The position numbers were made by a program, and so were the translations under genes. Source: Patescibacteria group bacterium (GTDB lineage Bacteria; Patescibacteriota; Patescibacteriia; Magasanikbacterales; UBA922). From it: a stretch of 64,000 nucleotides of DNA. Under the pieces are notes generated by a model. That model saw only the letters and a program-made list of their open reading frames with translations, was not told the origin of the DNA and made no database searches. Below, in pieces: positions 20,001 to 28,698 of the stretch. The stretch lies in contig JAHJIX010000002.1 in the NCBI GenBank assembly GCA_018823045.1, positions 846-64,845 on the forward strand, written 5' to 3'. Each line of letters starts with the position of its first letter. Position 1 is the first letter of the stretch.

Positions 20001-22256
20001 ATAACTATTAGGGTCTTCGACACCATCTATATAAAAATGAAGTAGCCCTGCACCATAAGTAACAGCCACGTGATGCCAACGTGTGTTATCAATTGTATTT
20101 AAGCTAAAGAAATCATCACTATTCAACTGAAATACTATTTGCCCACTATTATCAATCCATACTGAATACGATTCATCATAAGCTCCCTTTGTCAAGATAT
20201 CAGGCTGTCCTGAATAATCACCATTAATCCAAAATTCGATACTCAAGGTATCAGTCAAATCAAGTGCAGCACTACTTACACAAGAAATATAATCATCAGT
20301 AAACGTATATGCACTATTATATTTTCCATTATTTGTTATTGCAGCTCCATTGTTTGTACATGAATGCCCCTGTCCTGAATCATCATCCAAATTACCATTC
20401 AAGTGCATTAATAACACATTGCCACTCATATCAATAGCACCATCTGTATAATCAATTTCAATACCCTCATCATTTGGCAATTCTTTTCCATATGGGAAAG
20501 CGCTCATCCAAGAAAATGTTTGCCAGTCTATTAATTTATTTGTATCAATAACTTGTGACGTAAATATACCACTATTATTTGTCAATCCAGTATTATCAAG
20601 CTGCAGATGATCTACACTAAACTCTGTATTAGTATAATCACCAGCATCCCATTCTGCTTGTGTATCTTCTCCAATATCCACACAGGCACACCCTACTTCT
20701 TTATACCATCCAATTTCGTTATCATCCCCCTCAGAAACAACAAAAAAGTAAGACCCCAATATACTCCCTTGATGAATCACACTTGATGCACCATCATAAT
20801 CAAATACCGTATGCTCTAGCACATTTGTCGGGTCATCAATACCAAACATGACAAACTCCTCATCCCATTTTGCTTGTGCAGAAAATATATAATCTCCAAG
20901 TACTGTTAAACGATCAAAGTTTGTTGTTCCTCCACCATAACTAAAAGTATCATCGAGTACTGGATTATCTGGATTGGAAATATCAATACTATACATATTT
21001 CCTGTCCAATTATCTGCAGAAGCAAATATATGTGTATCCTTTAACACAATATCACTTAATTTTACCCACCCAGGAAAATCAATGCCACCAACAGCACTAA
21101 TATTTGCAACATCGCTAATATCGAGCACAATAAACTCAGTATCTCCTTCTGTTGCAAGATACGCATAATCACCATCTACACTCACACCCAATATATTTTT
21201 ATCTACATCATATAATGATGCAGGATCTACTAAATCAATAGCAAGTGGATTTAAAATATTTAAGATAAAAAATTCAGCGCCTGCACCATTTTGCTCTGTC
21301 ACCACATATGCAACGTTCCCGTCAATATAGATATCATATGCATCAAGTGCCGCACCTACAATATCATATGTCGCGACTTCGGTAATTGCTCCTGGATTTG
21401 AAATATTTACCACACTTAATTCATCATTTTGTGCTTTTGCAATATAGGCATAATTTCCTGAAATAGCTATTTCATGAATCGTATTTCCAAGATCAATACT
21501 GCTTGTTTCTACCAATGTTGTCGGGGCAGTAAAACTATAAGCATGCAACATTGTGCCACGACCCACAAATATATGGGTATCTGTTGAGGCAATGGTGGTG
21601 GCATCATCAACTCCTGCCATATCAAAAGAAGCAACAGGCTCTATACAATCCCAAGGAGAATCTCCACCACCAGGCGTATACTCAAGTACAACAGCACCAT
21701 CACCATCTCCTAAAGTATTTGATACTTCAACAGCATTTAATGTTCCATCAGAAAATTCTGCCGTGGTATCCTCAATCCACTCATATGAATCCCAGTTTGT
21801 TAGATACATGACTTTTCTTACTTCATTGGTCAAACCAGGACGAATCTCCCAAGACACAAGAACTAACGCTTTTTTTGAATAAATATCAACATGATCTCCT
21901 GGGCAATTGACAATATTATTATGTACATCACGACACACATCTTCAAAAGTAATTGTTCGTGTATATTGACCAATCGTTTCACTCGTCCCCTCTCCCTGAA
22001 AACTCCACCCATCTACAGTAGTAGTTACATCACTTTGGGCATAATCAAATTCATTCCAAGCACGATCTTGAATAGCACGCACCGCAGCTAATCCTTCTTG
22101 CGCAAGTGCTTCGGCCTGCGTTTGTTCCCCTCCTTGCTCTAAACCAGCAAAGCCACCACCAGATAGTGCAATCAATGCAACAGCACTTAACGCAAAAATA
22201 GTCATTGCTAAAATGACTTCTATCAAACTTTGCCCTTTTTTAGAAAAAAATACCAT
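17058..22256 (-). CDS. Giant (1732 aa) prepilin-signal protein: putative pilus-associated adhesin with LVIVD-type beta-propeller, two LamG/ConA-like lectin modules and a 7-repeat beta-propeller
   Basis: N-terminus 'MVFFSKKG|QSLIEVILAMTIFAL' (Gly-1, Glu+5); 'GNYAYIA...NISNPG' LVIVD-like repeats; two modules with 'WHHVAVTY...LHFYIDGV' / 'WNHIVLTY...LYINGV' LamG cores each followed by 'LNxTxQxRSCxDxLCxG'; seven about 51-aa repeats 'YAVVYxGxGSDGWIKT'. Confidence 0.8.
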   Translation of the reverse strand: MVFFSKKGQSLIEVILAMTIFALSAVALIALSGGGFAGLEQGGEQTQAEALAQEGLAAVRAIQDRAWNEFDYAQSDVTTTVDGWSFQGEGTSETIGQYTRTITFEDVCRDVHNNIVNCPGDHVDIYSKKALVLVSWEIRPGLTNEVRKVMYLTNWDSYEWIEDTTAEFSDGTLNAVEVSNTLGDGDGAVVLEYTPGGGDSPWDCIEPVASFDMAGVDDATTIASTDTHIFVGRGTMLHAYSFTAPTTLVETSSIDLGNTIHEIAISGNYAYIAKAQNDELSVVNISNPGAITEVATYDIVGAALDAYDIYIDGNVAYVVTEQNGAGAEFFILNILNPLAIDLVDPASLYDVDKNILGVSVDGDYAYLATEGDTEFIVLDISDVANISAVGGIDFPGWVKLSDIVLKDTHIFASADNWTGNMYSIDISNPDNPVLDDTFSYGGGTTNFDRLTVLGDYIFSAQAKWDEEFVMFGIDDPTNVLEHTVFDYDGASSVIHQGSILGSYFFVVSEGDDNEIGWYKEVGCACVDIGEDTQAEWDAGDYTNTEFSVDHLQLDNTGLTNNSGIFTSQVIDTNKLIDWQTFSWMSAFPYGKELPNDEGIEIDYTDGAIDMSGNVLLMHLNGNLDDDSGQGHSCTNNGAAITNNGKYNSAYTFTDDYISCVSSAALDLTDTLSIEFWINGDYSGQPDILTKGAYDESYSVWIDNSGQIVFQLNSDDFFSLNTIDNTRWHHVAVTYGAGLLHFYIDGVEDPNSYNVAGPIDIIPDDLTLSSNSQWALDGATLDEVAIYNRVLSAEEISDRYIRGAANLTHQIRSCDDELCAGENFIGPDGTNSTYFSELLNSTLTTPSVTVSGTIAQSKYIQYQTTFESIDQMTNPKLYSVTIGEGCGNIATVAESIIDDTTDEFNTGTYNDTEWNGTNVLLNATGLVNGTGEYISEVFNVTSTATWQDFSWVPNEPYGIALPNNGATEVGYIQGNISMSNNIFLLHLDEASGNVLDTSGNGNDGVATGLSYEISGRYDTAVRLEGGSDAITIADNASLDISDDITIEMWIKDSADSSSELTIEQSLLGSLEYDTSQSYYPKIINISGDVYAVVYRGPGNDGWMKTFSVDASGQNIVSLFSKEFDTSYGTTPTIVQVNGSIYAVVYAGLGSDGWIKTFDIQANGQIGNQIDSLEYDNKNGLSPSVLAVDADTFVISYRGDSSDGWFATVDISATGNISNNYIDRYEFDNTDCFETDLIEVGNNIFAVVYSGVDSDGFIKTIEIEDNGNIVGSIIDTFEYNTSQGRYPDIIAISGDVYAISHQGSGSDGFIKTVTIDVNGQIGAEIDSLEFDTDNTIMSSLVHMSDNNYAVFYTGNNNNGYLKVVEIENNGQIGNAVVDSYQFISNGRYPYMLSLGNGLLLGAYTDVVNHGWVSTFSFGGGDVHIAIGKNNSYGFSLSSADVSAFINDSVVSSTLSAGWNHIVLTYNKDEVADQQKLYINGVEVATGTYTQNIAVNNEDFVVGNGVVATFDEMALYSRVLSAQEILDRYRRGILNITYQVRSCNDVLCVGDAYTGSDGTGGTYFDQAGVVGVPSYNLAITDGQYFQYRAVLSSEHATHTPQFSEVRVDYERPDVFIPPVGGGGGPASYALSGTYISSAYDMGANTRAIQGLTWEESFSNCIGCSIQLQIRTADTQGNLAAAPWSGINEAGTFYTEAIGSLVPTVYNGDRWIQYQAILHGDTVGTPILERVQVNYK

Positions 22257-22259
22257 AGA

Positions 22260-22733
22260 CTATAATGATTCAATTGCACCAAATGCATTTACTGAAACAG
22301 AAAATGTTCCTTGAATTGCATGAGTAATGATCACGGTCCCTGTATTTTGTGCGTCTCCCAATCCTTTCGTAAATACTATGTCAACATCGCCACCAGTCAA
22401 AGCAAAACCAGCTGTTGTTACTTCAAGCACTGGCTCAAATATATATGTTCTGTCATATGCAGGATCACGCAAAGCATAGCTATCTCCCTGATAAAATATA
22501 TATACATCATCTCCTGCAGGATCACGGTCAATAAATATACCATGTGACGCATCATTCACTCCTGCAACCGCTTCTTGACGTGCTTGACGCAATACAGAAA
22601 TCAACTGTGCACCAGATTCATCTAATTGTGCTCGTGTTTGAAATTGTGAATACACCGGAATTCCAGCAACAACCAAAAGAGTGCTCAAAGCAATAACCAT
22701 TAACAATTCAACTAACGTTACACCCTTTTTCAT
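22260..22733 (-). CDS. Pseudopilin (GspH/FimT-like, prepilin-type N-terminus)
   Basis: 'MKKG|VTLVELLMVIALSTLLVV' with Glu(+5); ORF-track start at 22811 would overlap pilC, internal ATG at 22733 preferred. Confidence 0.7.
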   Translation of the reverse strand: MKKGVTLVELLMVIALSTLLVVAGIPVYSQFQTRAQLDESGAQLISVLRQARQEAVAGVNDASHGIFIDRDPAGDDVYIFYQGDSYALRDPAYDRTYIFEPVLEVTTAGFALTGGDVDIVFTKGLGDAQNTGTVIITHAIQGTFSVSVNAFGAIESL

Positions 22734-22743
22734 AAAAAATAAC

Positions 22744-23838
22744 TTAGCGCTTAATACTTCCGGTAATATTATAAATTGGTGTAATAATTGAAATTGCAAG
22801 AAAAGCAACAATCATTCCGATACCAAGCAAAAGTATTGGCTCAATTGCAGTTGCTAAACTCTTTGTCGCATTATCAACTTCCACCTCATAAAATTCAGCC
22901 AAATAATTAAGTGTATCTTCTAAATTTCCTGATTCTTCTCCCACCAACACCATACGCGTTACCATTGAGGGAAACAATCTTGGATACAAACCCAAATTTT
23001 CTGCCATACTACTTCCTTTTTCTAAACGATGCAATACTTTATCAAGTGCATGTTGATAATAGTAATTTCCTAATGATTGACGAGTCACAGCAAGTGCCTC
23101 ATCAACATTTAAACCACTACGAAGCAATGTGGATAATGTTCGTGAAAATCGTGCCAAATTAACATTATGACTAATTGAGCTTAATACTGGAAGATGAAGA
23201 AGCAACCAATGACTAATTGGACGCATAAATTTTCTCCTAAACAACCAAATAACAAAGAGAACTGTTCCCGTAATGCTAAAAAATAATAAAGGTCCATGAT
23301 CGTTTACAATTTGTGAAAATTGAATGAGTAAACGAGTACTCAAAGGTAACTCCGTTTTTAATCCTTGAAATAATGGAATAATTTTCGGCAAGACTAAAAA
23401 GGACATGGTCATTGCCAAAATAAATGAAGCAATCAACACCACAATTGGATAGAGCATTGCTCCTTTTACCTTACTCACCAAATTTTTTTCTTTTTGTAAT
23501 TGCTCTGCTAAATGTTCTAAATTTTCGTCAAGTGTCCCTGATTTTTCTCCAGCATAAATTGCACTAATAAAAATACCTGGAAAAATATTATCATACCGTT
23601 GAAATGCATCTGACAATGAATTACCAGATTCAACTGATTCTCTAATCTTGATCAAAATATTTTTCATTTTTCCTTGTGCAGAATCAGCAACAATATCAAG
23701 AGACTCTACAATACTCAAACCAGACCGTTGCATAACGGCCAAATGTTTTGCGAGCAATGCTTTTTGGGTGAGACCAGTTCCACCAATAGCAATATTTTTC
23801 TTCAATACTGAAATTTTTTTCTTTTTTTTGACAGGCAT
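22744..23838 (-). CDS. pilC: Type IV pilus inner-membrane platform protein PilC (GspF family)
   Basis: Two GspF-type repeats ('LSxAFxRYDNIFPGIFISAIYAGEKSGTLDENLEHLAEQL' and 'LYPRLFPSMVTRMVLVGEESGNLEDTLNYLAEFYE') and 3 TM segments. Confidence 0.85.
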   Translation of the reverse strand: MPVKKKKKISVLKKNIAIGGTGLTQKALLAKHLAVMQRSGLSIVESLDIVADSAQGKMKNILIKIRESVESGNSLSDAFQRYDNIFPGIFISAIYAGEKSGTLDENLEHLAEQLQKEKNLVSKVKGAMLYPIVVLIASFILAMTMSFLVLPKIIPLFQGLKTELPLSTRLLIQFSQIVNDHGPLLFFSITGTVLFVIWLFRRKFMRPISHWLLLHLPVLSSISHNVNLARFSRTLSTLLRSGLNVDEALAVTRQSLGNYYYQHALDKVLHRLEKGSSMAENLGLYPRLFPSMVTRMVLVGEESGNLEDTLNYLAEFYEVEVDNATKSLATAIEPILLLGIGMIVAFLAISIITPIYNITGSIKR

Positions 23839-23906
23839 GAGGCTAAATTCAGAGATAAAACATTATGCTTTATTAGAAATACAGCACACTATTTTATTTC
23901 AAAAAA

Positions 23907-25592
23907 TTATGTTTCAGCTACACGCAAAATTTCTTCTAATGTTGTCACACCATTAAAAACCTTATCCATTCCATCTTCAAGCAAGGTAATCATTCCTTCT
24001 TTTATTGCTTGCTCTTTAATTTCATCACTTGATCCTTGATTTACAACAAAAGGCCGAATTCCTTCAGACATTTCAAGCACCTCAAAAATACCAATACGAC
24101 CATGATACCCAGTATCTCCACAAATTTTACAGCCAGCTCCTTTATATAAACGCCATTTACTTGGCGCATCATAGCCCTTACTTTTTGCAAGCCCTAATAA
24201 TTCATTTCTTCCCTTTAAAATAAGTTTATCTTCTTCGGTTAACCTATATGATGCACGACAATGTGTACAAATCTTTCGAACCAAACGCTGTGCAATAATA
24301 ATATTAATCGTTGAGGCAACCAAAAACGGCTCAACCTCCATATCGAGCAAACGTGGCAATGTTGTTGGTGCATCATTAGTATGCAAAGTAGAAAGAACCA
24401 AATGTCCTGTTAAGGCGGCATTCGTTGCAATATTTGCCGTCACTTCATCACGAATCTCTCCCACCATAATAATATCAGGATCTTGACGCACCAATGATCT
24501 TAATCCTTTTGCAAACGTTAAATCTGTTTTTGTATTTACTTGAATTTGCGTAACTCCTTCAACATTATACTCAACAGGATCTTCAATCGTTGCAATATGA
24601 ATTTTACGCTCATTTAAAATTTTCAATACTGCATATAATGTTGTGGTCTTTCCACTTCCGGTTGGTCCTGTCACTAATACCATACCATGCGGATGACGAA
24701 TTGCTCGCTTAATTTTTTCTAAATTTACAGAAGCTAAACCAATATCTGTTAAACTAAATTGTCTATTTTTTTGAGTCAACAAACGCATCACAATATTTTC
24801 CCCATGCACAGATGGTAAAATAGATACACGAACATCTACCCGTTGCTTACTAGTTGAAAATTTAAACTTTCCATCTTGTGCCGCTCGATGCTCATCAGTC
24901 CGCATTTTTGACAAAATTTTAATACGAGTCAAAATAGCATCAGAGAATTCTTTTGGTAATTCAAGCACATCATGCATTACCCCATCTATACGAAACCGAA
25001 CAACAATCTTTGTCGCATATGGCTCAACATGGATGTCTGACGCTTTATTTTCAAATCCATACTGCATCAAAATATCAACCATTTCCACCACTAATTCATC
25101 CCGAGATTCACGACTTCTTTCTTTTTCAAACACATCTAAAAGCTCTTTAAACTGCTCTTGCATGTTTGATTTATATAATGCAATAGCTTTATCAAAGTCT
25201 TCTTCTAAAATAAGATATACTTTAATCTTACCAAAACGTTTTTCTAACAACTCACGTACAGGTAAATTTGACGGATCGAGCATACCAATCTTCATTTCAT
25301 TTTTTCCTTGTGAAAAAGCAATTACACCTTGTTTTTCTGTCACTGCTTGCGGAATAGACACAATTGCTTCTGCATCAATTCTCATCGTATCAAAATCTGC
25401 AAATGGAACCTGATAATACTCTGCCAACCCCTCACCCAATACCTGCTTGTCTAAAATTCCTTCAATAAAAAAATAATCCAAAAGGGTTCCCCCATGGGAA
25501 TCTACAAACTCTTGTGCAGCAACAACATCTTTTTCATCAATATAATGCTGCTCCAACAAGATATCTTTTATCTGCGCGTCATCGATACGCAT
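23907..25592 (-). CDS. pilB: Type IV pilus assembly ATPase PilB (GspE family)
   Basis: Walker A 'VTGPTGSGKTTTLYAVL', Asp box, Walker B, His box, tetracysteine motif 'CTHC...CKIC'; N-terminal GspII-like domain. Confidence 0.9.
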   Translation of the reverse strand: MRIDDAQIKDILLEQHYIDEKDVVAAQEFVDSHGGTLLDYFFIEGILDKQVLGEGLAEYYQVPFADFDTMRIDAEAIVSIPQAVTEKQGVIAFSQGKNEMKIGMLDPSNLPVRELLEKRFGKIKVYLILEEDFDKAIALYKSNMQEQFKELLDVFEKERSRESRDELVVEMVDILMQYGFENKASDIHVEPYATKIVVRFRIDGVMHDVLELPKEFSDAILTRIKILSKMRTDEHRAAQDGKFKFSTSKQRVDVRVSILPSVHGENIVMRLLTQKNRQFSLTDIGLASVNLEKIKRAIRHPHGMVLVTGPTGSGKTTTLYAVLKILNERKIHIATIEDPVEYNVEGVTQIQVNTKTDLTFAKGLRSLVRQDPDIIMVGEIRDEVTANIATNAALTGHLVLSTLHTNDAPTTLPRLLDMEVEPFLVASTINIIIAQRLVRKICTHCRASYRLTEEDKLILKGRNELLGLAKSKGYDAPSKWRLYKGAGCKICGDTGYHGRIGIFEVLEMSEGIRPFVVNQGSSDEIKEQAIKEGMITLLEDGMDKVFNGVTTLEEILRVAET

Positions 25593-25610
25593 AACCCCTC
25601 TTTATTTTAA

Positions 25611-25982
25611 TTATTTAAGAATCTTTTCTATATGCTTAATAACATCAGATAAGGGTGTATTTGATTTAACAAAATAATCTTTTGCCCCTAATTCACGCAC
25701 CCGTTTTTCATCTTGCTCTTGACTCAAATTGGTTGAAACAATAATCGGTACTTTTATTTTTTTCTGTTTTACTTGCTCGAGCACTCCAAACCCGTCTAAT
25801 TTAGGCATCACTAAATCAAGCAATACCAAATCAATACCACCTTTTACTAAGAAATCAATCGCTTCTTGCCCATTATTTGCTACGGTAACATCATAGCCGA
25901 TATGCTGTAATTTTAACTGCAGTGCTTTTGCCATTGGTTTCTCGTCTTCTGCTACGAGAATCATTTTTTTCTTTCCTGCCAT
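25611..25982 (-). CDS. Stand-alone response-regulator receiver protein (CheY/PilH-like) immediately upstream of pilB
   Basis: 'ILVAEDEKPMAKAL...IDLVLLDLVMPKLDG...' receiver signature, 123 aa. Confidence 0.75.
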   Translation of the reverse strand: MAGKKKMILVAEDEKPMAKALQLKLQHIGYDVTVANNGQEAIDFLVKGGIDLVLLDLVMPKLDGFGVLEQVKQKKIKVPIIVSTNLSQEQDEKRVRELGAKDYFVKSNTPLSDVIKHIEKILK

Positions 25983-26051
25983 AGAGATTCAGACAATAAT
26001 AACAATATATATGTTAAATTATACCACAATTTTATATAAACAAACAAATTA

Positions 26052-26405
26052 TCATAATTCAACAACACAACTTCCTCCACTTGCTTCTTCTTTCCACTGA
26101 CGTACCATTGGATTTTTTGCAAGTAACTGAAGTACAGCCTGCCGTAAACGACCGCTTCCTATTCCATAAATTACACGACAATATCGTTCTTTTCTATTTA
26201 CATACACATACAATTCATGATCAAGCTGATCAAGTGCCTCTCCAATTTCTGAAGTACAATGTAAATCAATAGTTGCAATATCGTGATAATGACTGAGTAA
26301 CTCTAATCCAATACTATTCATAATACTACTTAGTATAATTTTTGTGATTATTTCTGTCAACGTATTTTTTATACCTGCCAAAAAAATATAATAAAAAAGA
26401 TACAA
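26052..26405 (-). CDS. Smr (small MutS-related) domain protein
   Basis: 'IDLHCTSEIGEALDQL...VIYGIGSGRLRQAVLQLL' matches Smr core (DLHG...GKG...L); true start probably internal (about 26321). Confidence 0.55.
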   Translation of the reverse strand: MYLFYYIFLAGIKNTLTEIITKIILSSIMNSIGLELLSHYHDIATIDLHCTSEIGEALDQLDHELYVYVNRKERYCRVIYGIGSGRLRQAVLQLLAKNPMVRQWKEEASGGSCVVEL

Positions 26406-26425
26406 TATGTATCTTTTTTACTCAG

Positions 26426-26506
26426 TGCCGACGGTGGGACTCGAACCCACACGCTGGAAGCACCTGCTCCTAAGGCAGGCGTGTATACCAATTTCACCAC
26501 GTCGGC
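26426..26506 (-). tRNA. tRNA-Leu (anticodon UAG), type II with long variable arm
   Basis: Minus strand: gccgacg...cctgc-cTTAGga-gcagg...long variable arm...ggttcgagtcc...cgtcggc-a; anticodon loop c-t-TAG-g-a; no encoded CCA. Confidence 0.8.
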
Positions 26507-26580
26507 ATGCTCCCCTCAAACAAGGGGAATTTTTGATGTGCATACTATATCAAATCTCTCAAAATAAATCAAGAGGATGA

Positions 26581-28482
26581 CTATACTTCAATAACCACGG
26601 GTAATACCATCGGTCGCTTTTCTGTTTGCTTAAAGAGAAATTGCCCAATTTTTTCTCGAATATTATTTCGAATTTGATTTGCATCAGCCCATGTCAAGGG
26701 GTCTGACTCTACAACAAGTGTACGCACTTTTGCTCGCACATCTTCAATAAGCTTTTTATTATCTTTGAGAAAAACAAAACCACGAGAAATAATATCAGGA
26801 TTTTGAATCAATTGTCCTGTTTTCGTATCAATAGTTACAATAACCACAACCATACCATCTTCTGCAAGCACTTGGCGATCACGAAGTACAACATGTTGCA
26901 TATCACTTACACCTAAACCATCAATAAAGACATAGTTACTTGTTGCTTTTTTATCAAGCACTTTTACTCCCTCTTTTGTCATATCAATAATTGTTCCATT
27001 ATCTGGAACGATCGTATTTCCTTCAGGAAAATTTCCATGCTCCACTACTAAGTTTTTAGCTTCTTTCAAAAAGAAATGATTTCCATATACCGGAACAAAA
27101 TAATCTGGTTTAATTTGTTCAACCATTTCTAAAATATCTTGTCGTGTTGAATGTCCACTAATATGAACATCCATCACATCTCCATGAATAACATGATCAC
27201 ATTGACGATAAATATTATCTTTTAGTCTTTGAATACTTCGTTCATTCCCTGGAATTACTGAAGAAGAAAAAATAACAGTATCATTACGACGCAAAGTAAT
27301 AAAACGATGTGTTTTATTTACGACACGCATGAGTACAGCATTTTCTTCACCTTGCGCACCAGTACAAAGTACAACGACTTTATTTTCTGGATATTTACTA
27401 ATATCTTTAATATCAATTAAAATACCACGTGGAATTTTAATATAGCCAAGTTTTTTTGCAATTTCTACATTTAACTTCATACTATACCCATCAAGCGCTA
27501 CTTTTTTATGTAATTTTGCTGCAGCATAAATCACCCATTTTACTCGCTCTACTTGAGAAGAGAATGTTCCAATAATAATACGTCCTGGGGCTTTATTCAA
27601 CAGTCCATATAAATTATTATACATTTCTTCATATGTGCCATGACGCTCTTTTGACAGAGATCCTAAACTTTCAAGCATTAGCATGCTCGGTCGTTTTACC
27701 TGTTGTAAAAAATCATACCGAACATGTGTTTTTCCCGTTTCATCACGCTCCATTGTCCAATCTCCTGGATGAATAACCGTTCCAGCATCTGTTTCAATAG
27801 CAACACCCATTGCATCCATAATTGAATGCTCCACTTGAAAAAAACTTAATAAAAACTTCCCTAAACGAACTTTGTCTTTTAAGTTTTTAACACGAATTAC
27901 TTTTAAATTTTTTGTACTTTCTTTTTTATAATCTTCTTGTTTATGCTTAATTAATGCAAGTGTTAAATCTCGCCCAATAATTGGCGGATATCCCAATTGC
28001 TCCAAAAGCACAGGAGCAGCTCCAATATGATCAAGATGACCATGACTAAAAACTACACCACGTACGCGTTTTTCTTTTCCTTTTAAGTAACTAATATTTG
28101 GAATAATATAATCAATTCCAGGCATATCTTCCTCAGGAAATTGCAACCCCATATCAAGAATAATGATGTCATTTTCATATTCAAAAATGGTCATGTTTCT
28201 CCCAACTTCTTCACAACCACCTATTGGAATAACACGAATTGTCCCTTTCTTTGAAGAGATAATATTTACTTGTTTTTTTACAAATGTTGGGTTATGTTGT
28301 GGTGTTCTATTTGGAAGTGATTTTCCCATATCAGATGGACGTGGTCGCACTGTTTTTGATCGTGTGCTTACTTTTTTATATGTCCCTATCGTTGGGGTAT
28401 GCATACCTGATTGGGAACCCTTTTTTGAAGGAGAAGCAGTATTCCTTCGACTCACTGGCTGTTTTGTTTTTAACATACACAA
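26581..28482 (-). CDS. rnj: Ribonuclease J (metallo-beta-lactamase / beta-CASP) with about 80-aa basic N-terminal extension
   Basis: 'VFSHGHLDHIGAAP' (HxHxDH motif), beta-CASP region, C-terminal domain; N-terminus rich in K/R/S/T/P. Confidence 0.85.
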   Translation of the reverse strand: MCMLKTKQPVSRRNTASPSKKGSQSGMHTPTIGTYKKVSTRSKTVRPRPSDMGKSLPNRTPQHNPTFVKKQVNIISSKKGTIRVIPIGGCEEVGRNMTIFEYENDIIILDMGLQFPEEDMPGIDYIIPNISYLKGKEKRVRGVVFSHGHLDHIGAAPVLLEQLGYPPIIGRDLTLALIKHKQEDYKKESTKNLKVIRVKNLKDKVRLGKFLLSFFQVEHSIMDAMGVAIETDAGTVIHPGDWTMERDETGKTHVRYDFLQQVKRPSMLMLESLGSLSKERHGTYEEMYNNLYGLLNKAPGRIIIGTFSSQVERVKWVIYAAAKLHKKVALDGYSMKLNVEIAKKLGYIKIPRGILIDIKDISKYPENKVVVLCTGAQGEENAVLMRVVNKTHRFITLRRNDTVIFSSSVIPGNERSIQRLKDNIYRQCDHVIHGDVMDVHISGHSTRQDILEMVEQIKPDYFVPVYGNHFFLKEAKNLVVEHGNFPEGNTIVPDNGTIIDMTKEGVKVLDKKATSNYVFIDGLGVSDMQHVVLRDRQVLAEDGMVVVIVTIDTKTGQLIQNPDIISRGFVFLKDNKKLIEDVRAKVRTLVVESDPLTWADANQIRNNIREKIGQFLFKQTEKRPMVLPVVIEV

Positions 28483-28698
28483 TAATTAACTTCTATTATA
28501 GAGCATAGAAGCTTTATCCTAAATAATAAATTATATTTCCTCCTAAATACCTTTATGCAAAGGCATGCAAAGCTTATTGATAATCTTTTTTTTCGCAACA
28601 CATTACTTTTCAAATATACGAAAATAATATATATGTCAAAAAAAAGATTATGTACGCTTTTATATAAATAAATTTATTTATATATTTTTGAGTAGATT

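Noticed and set aside
17231-22091. Numerous 60-145-aa ORFs on both strands inside the giant adhesin gene (e.g. 19240..19674, 21553..21882, 18125..18313)
   Set aside because: They are nested within a continuous 1732-aa ORF with coherent domain architecture and have low-complexity, AT-skewed translations. They are antisense or out-of-frame artefacts.
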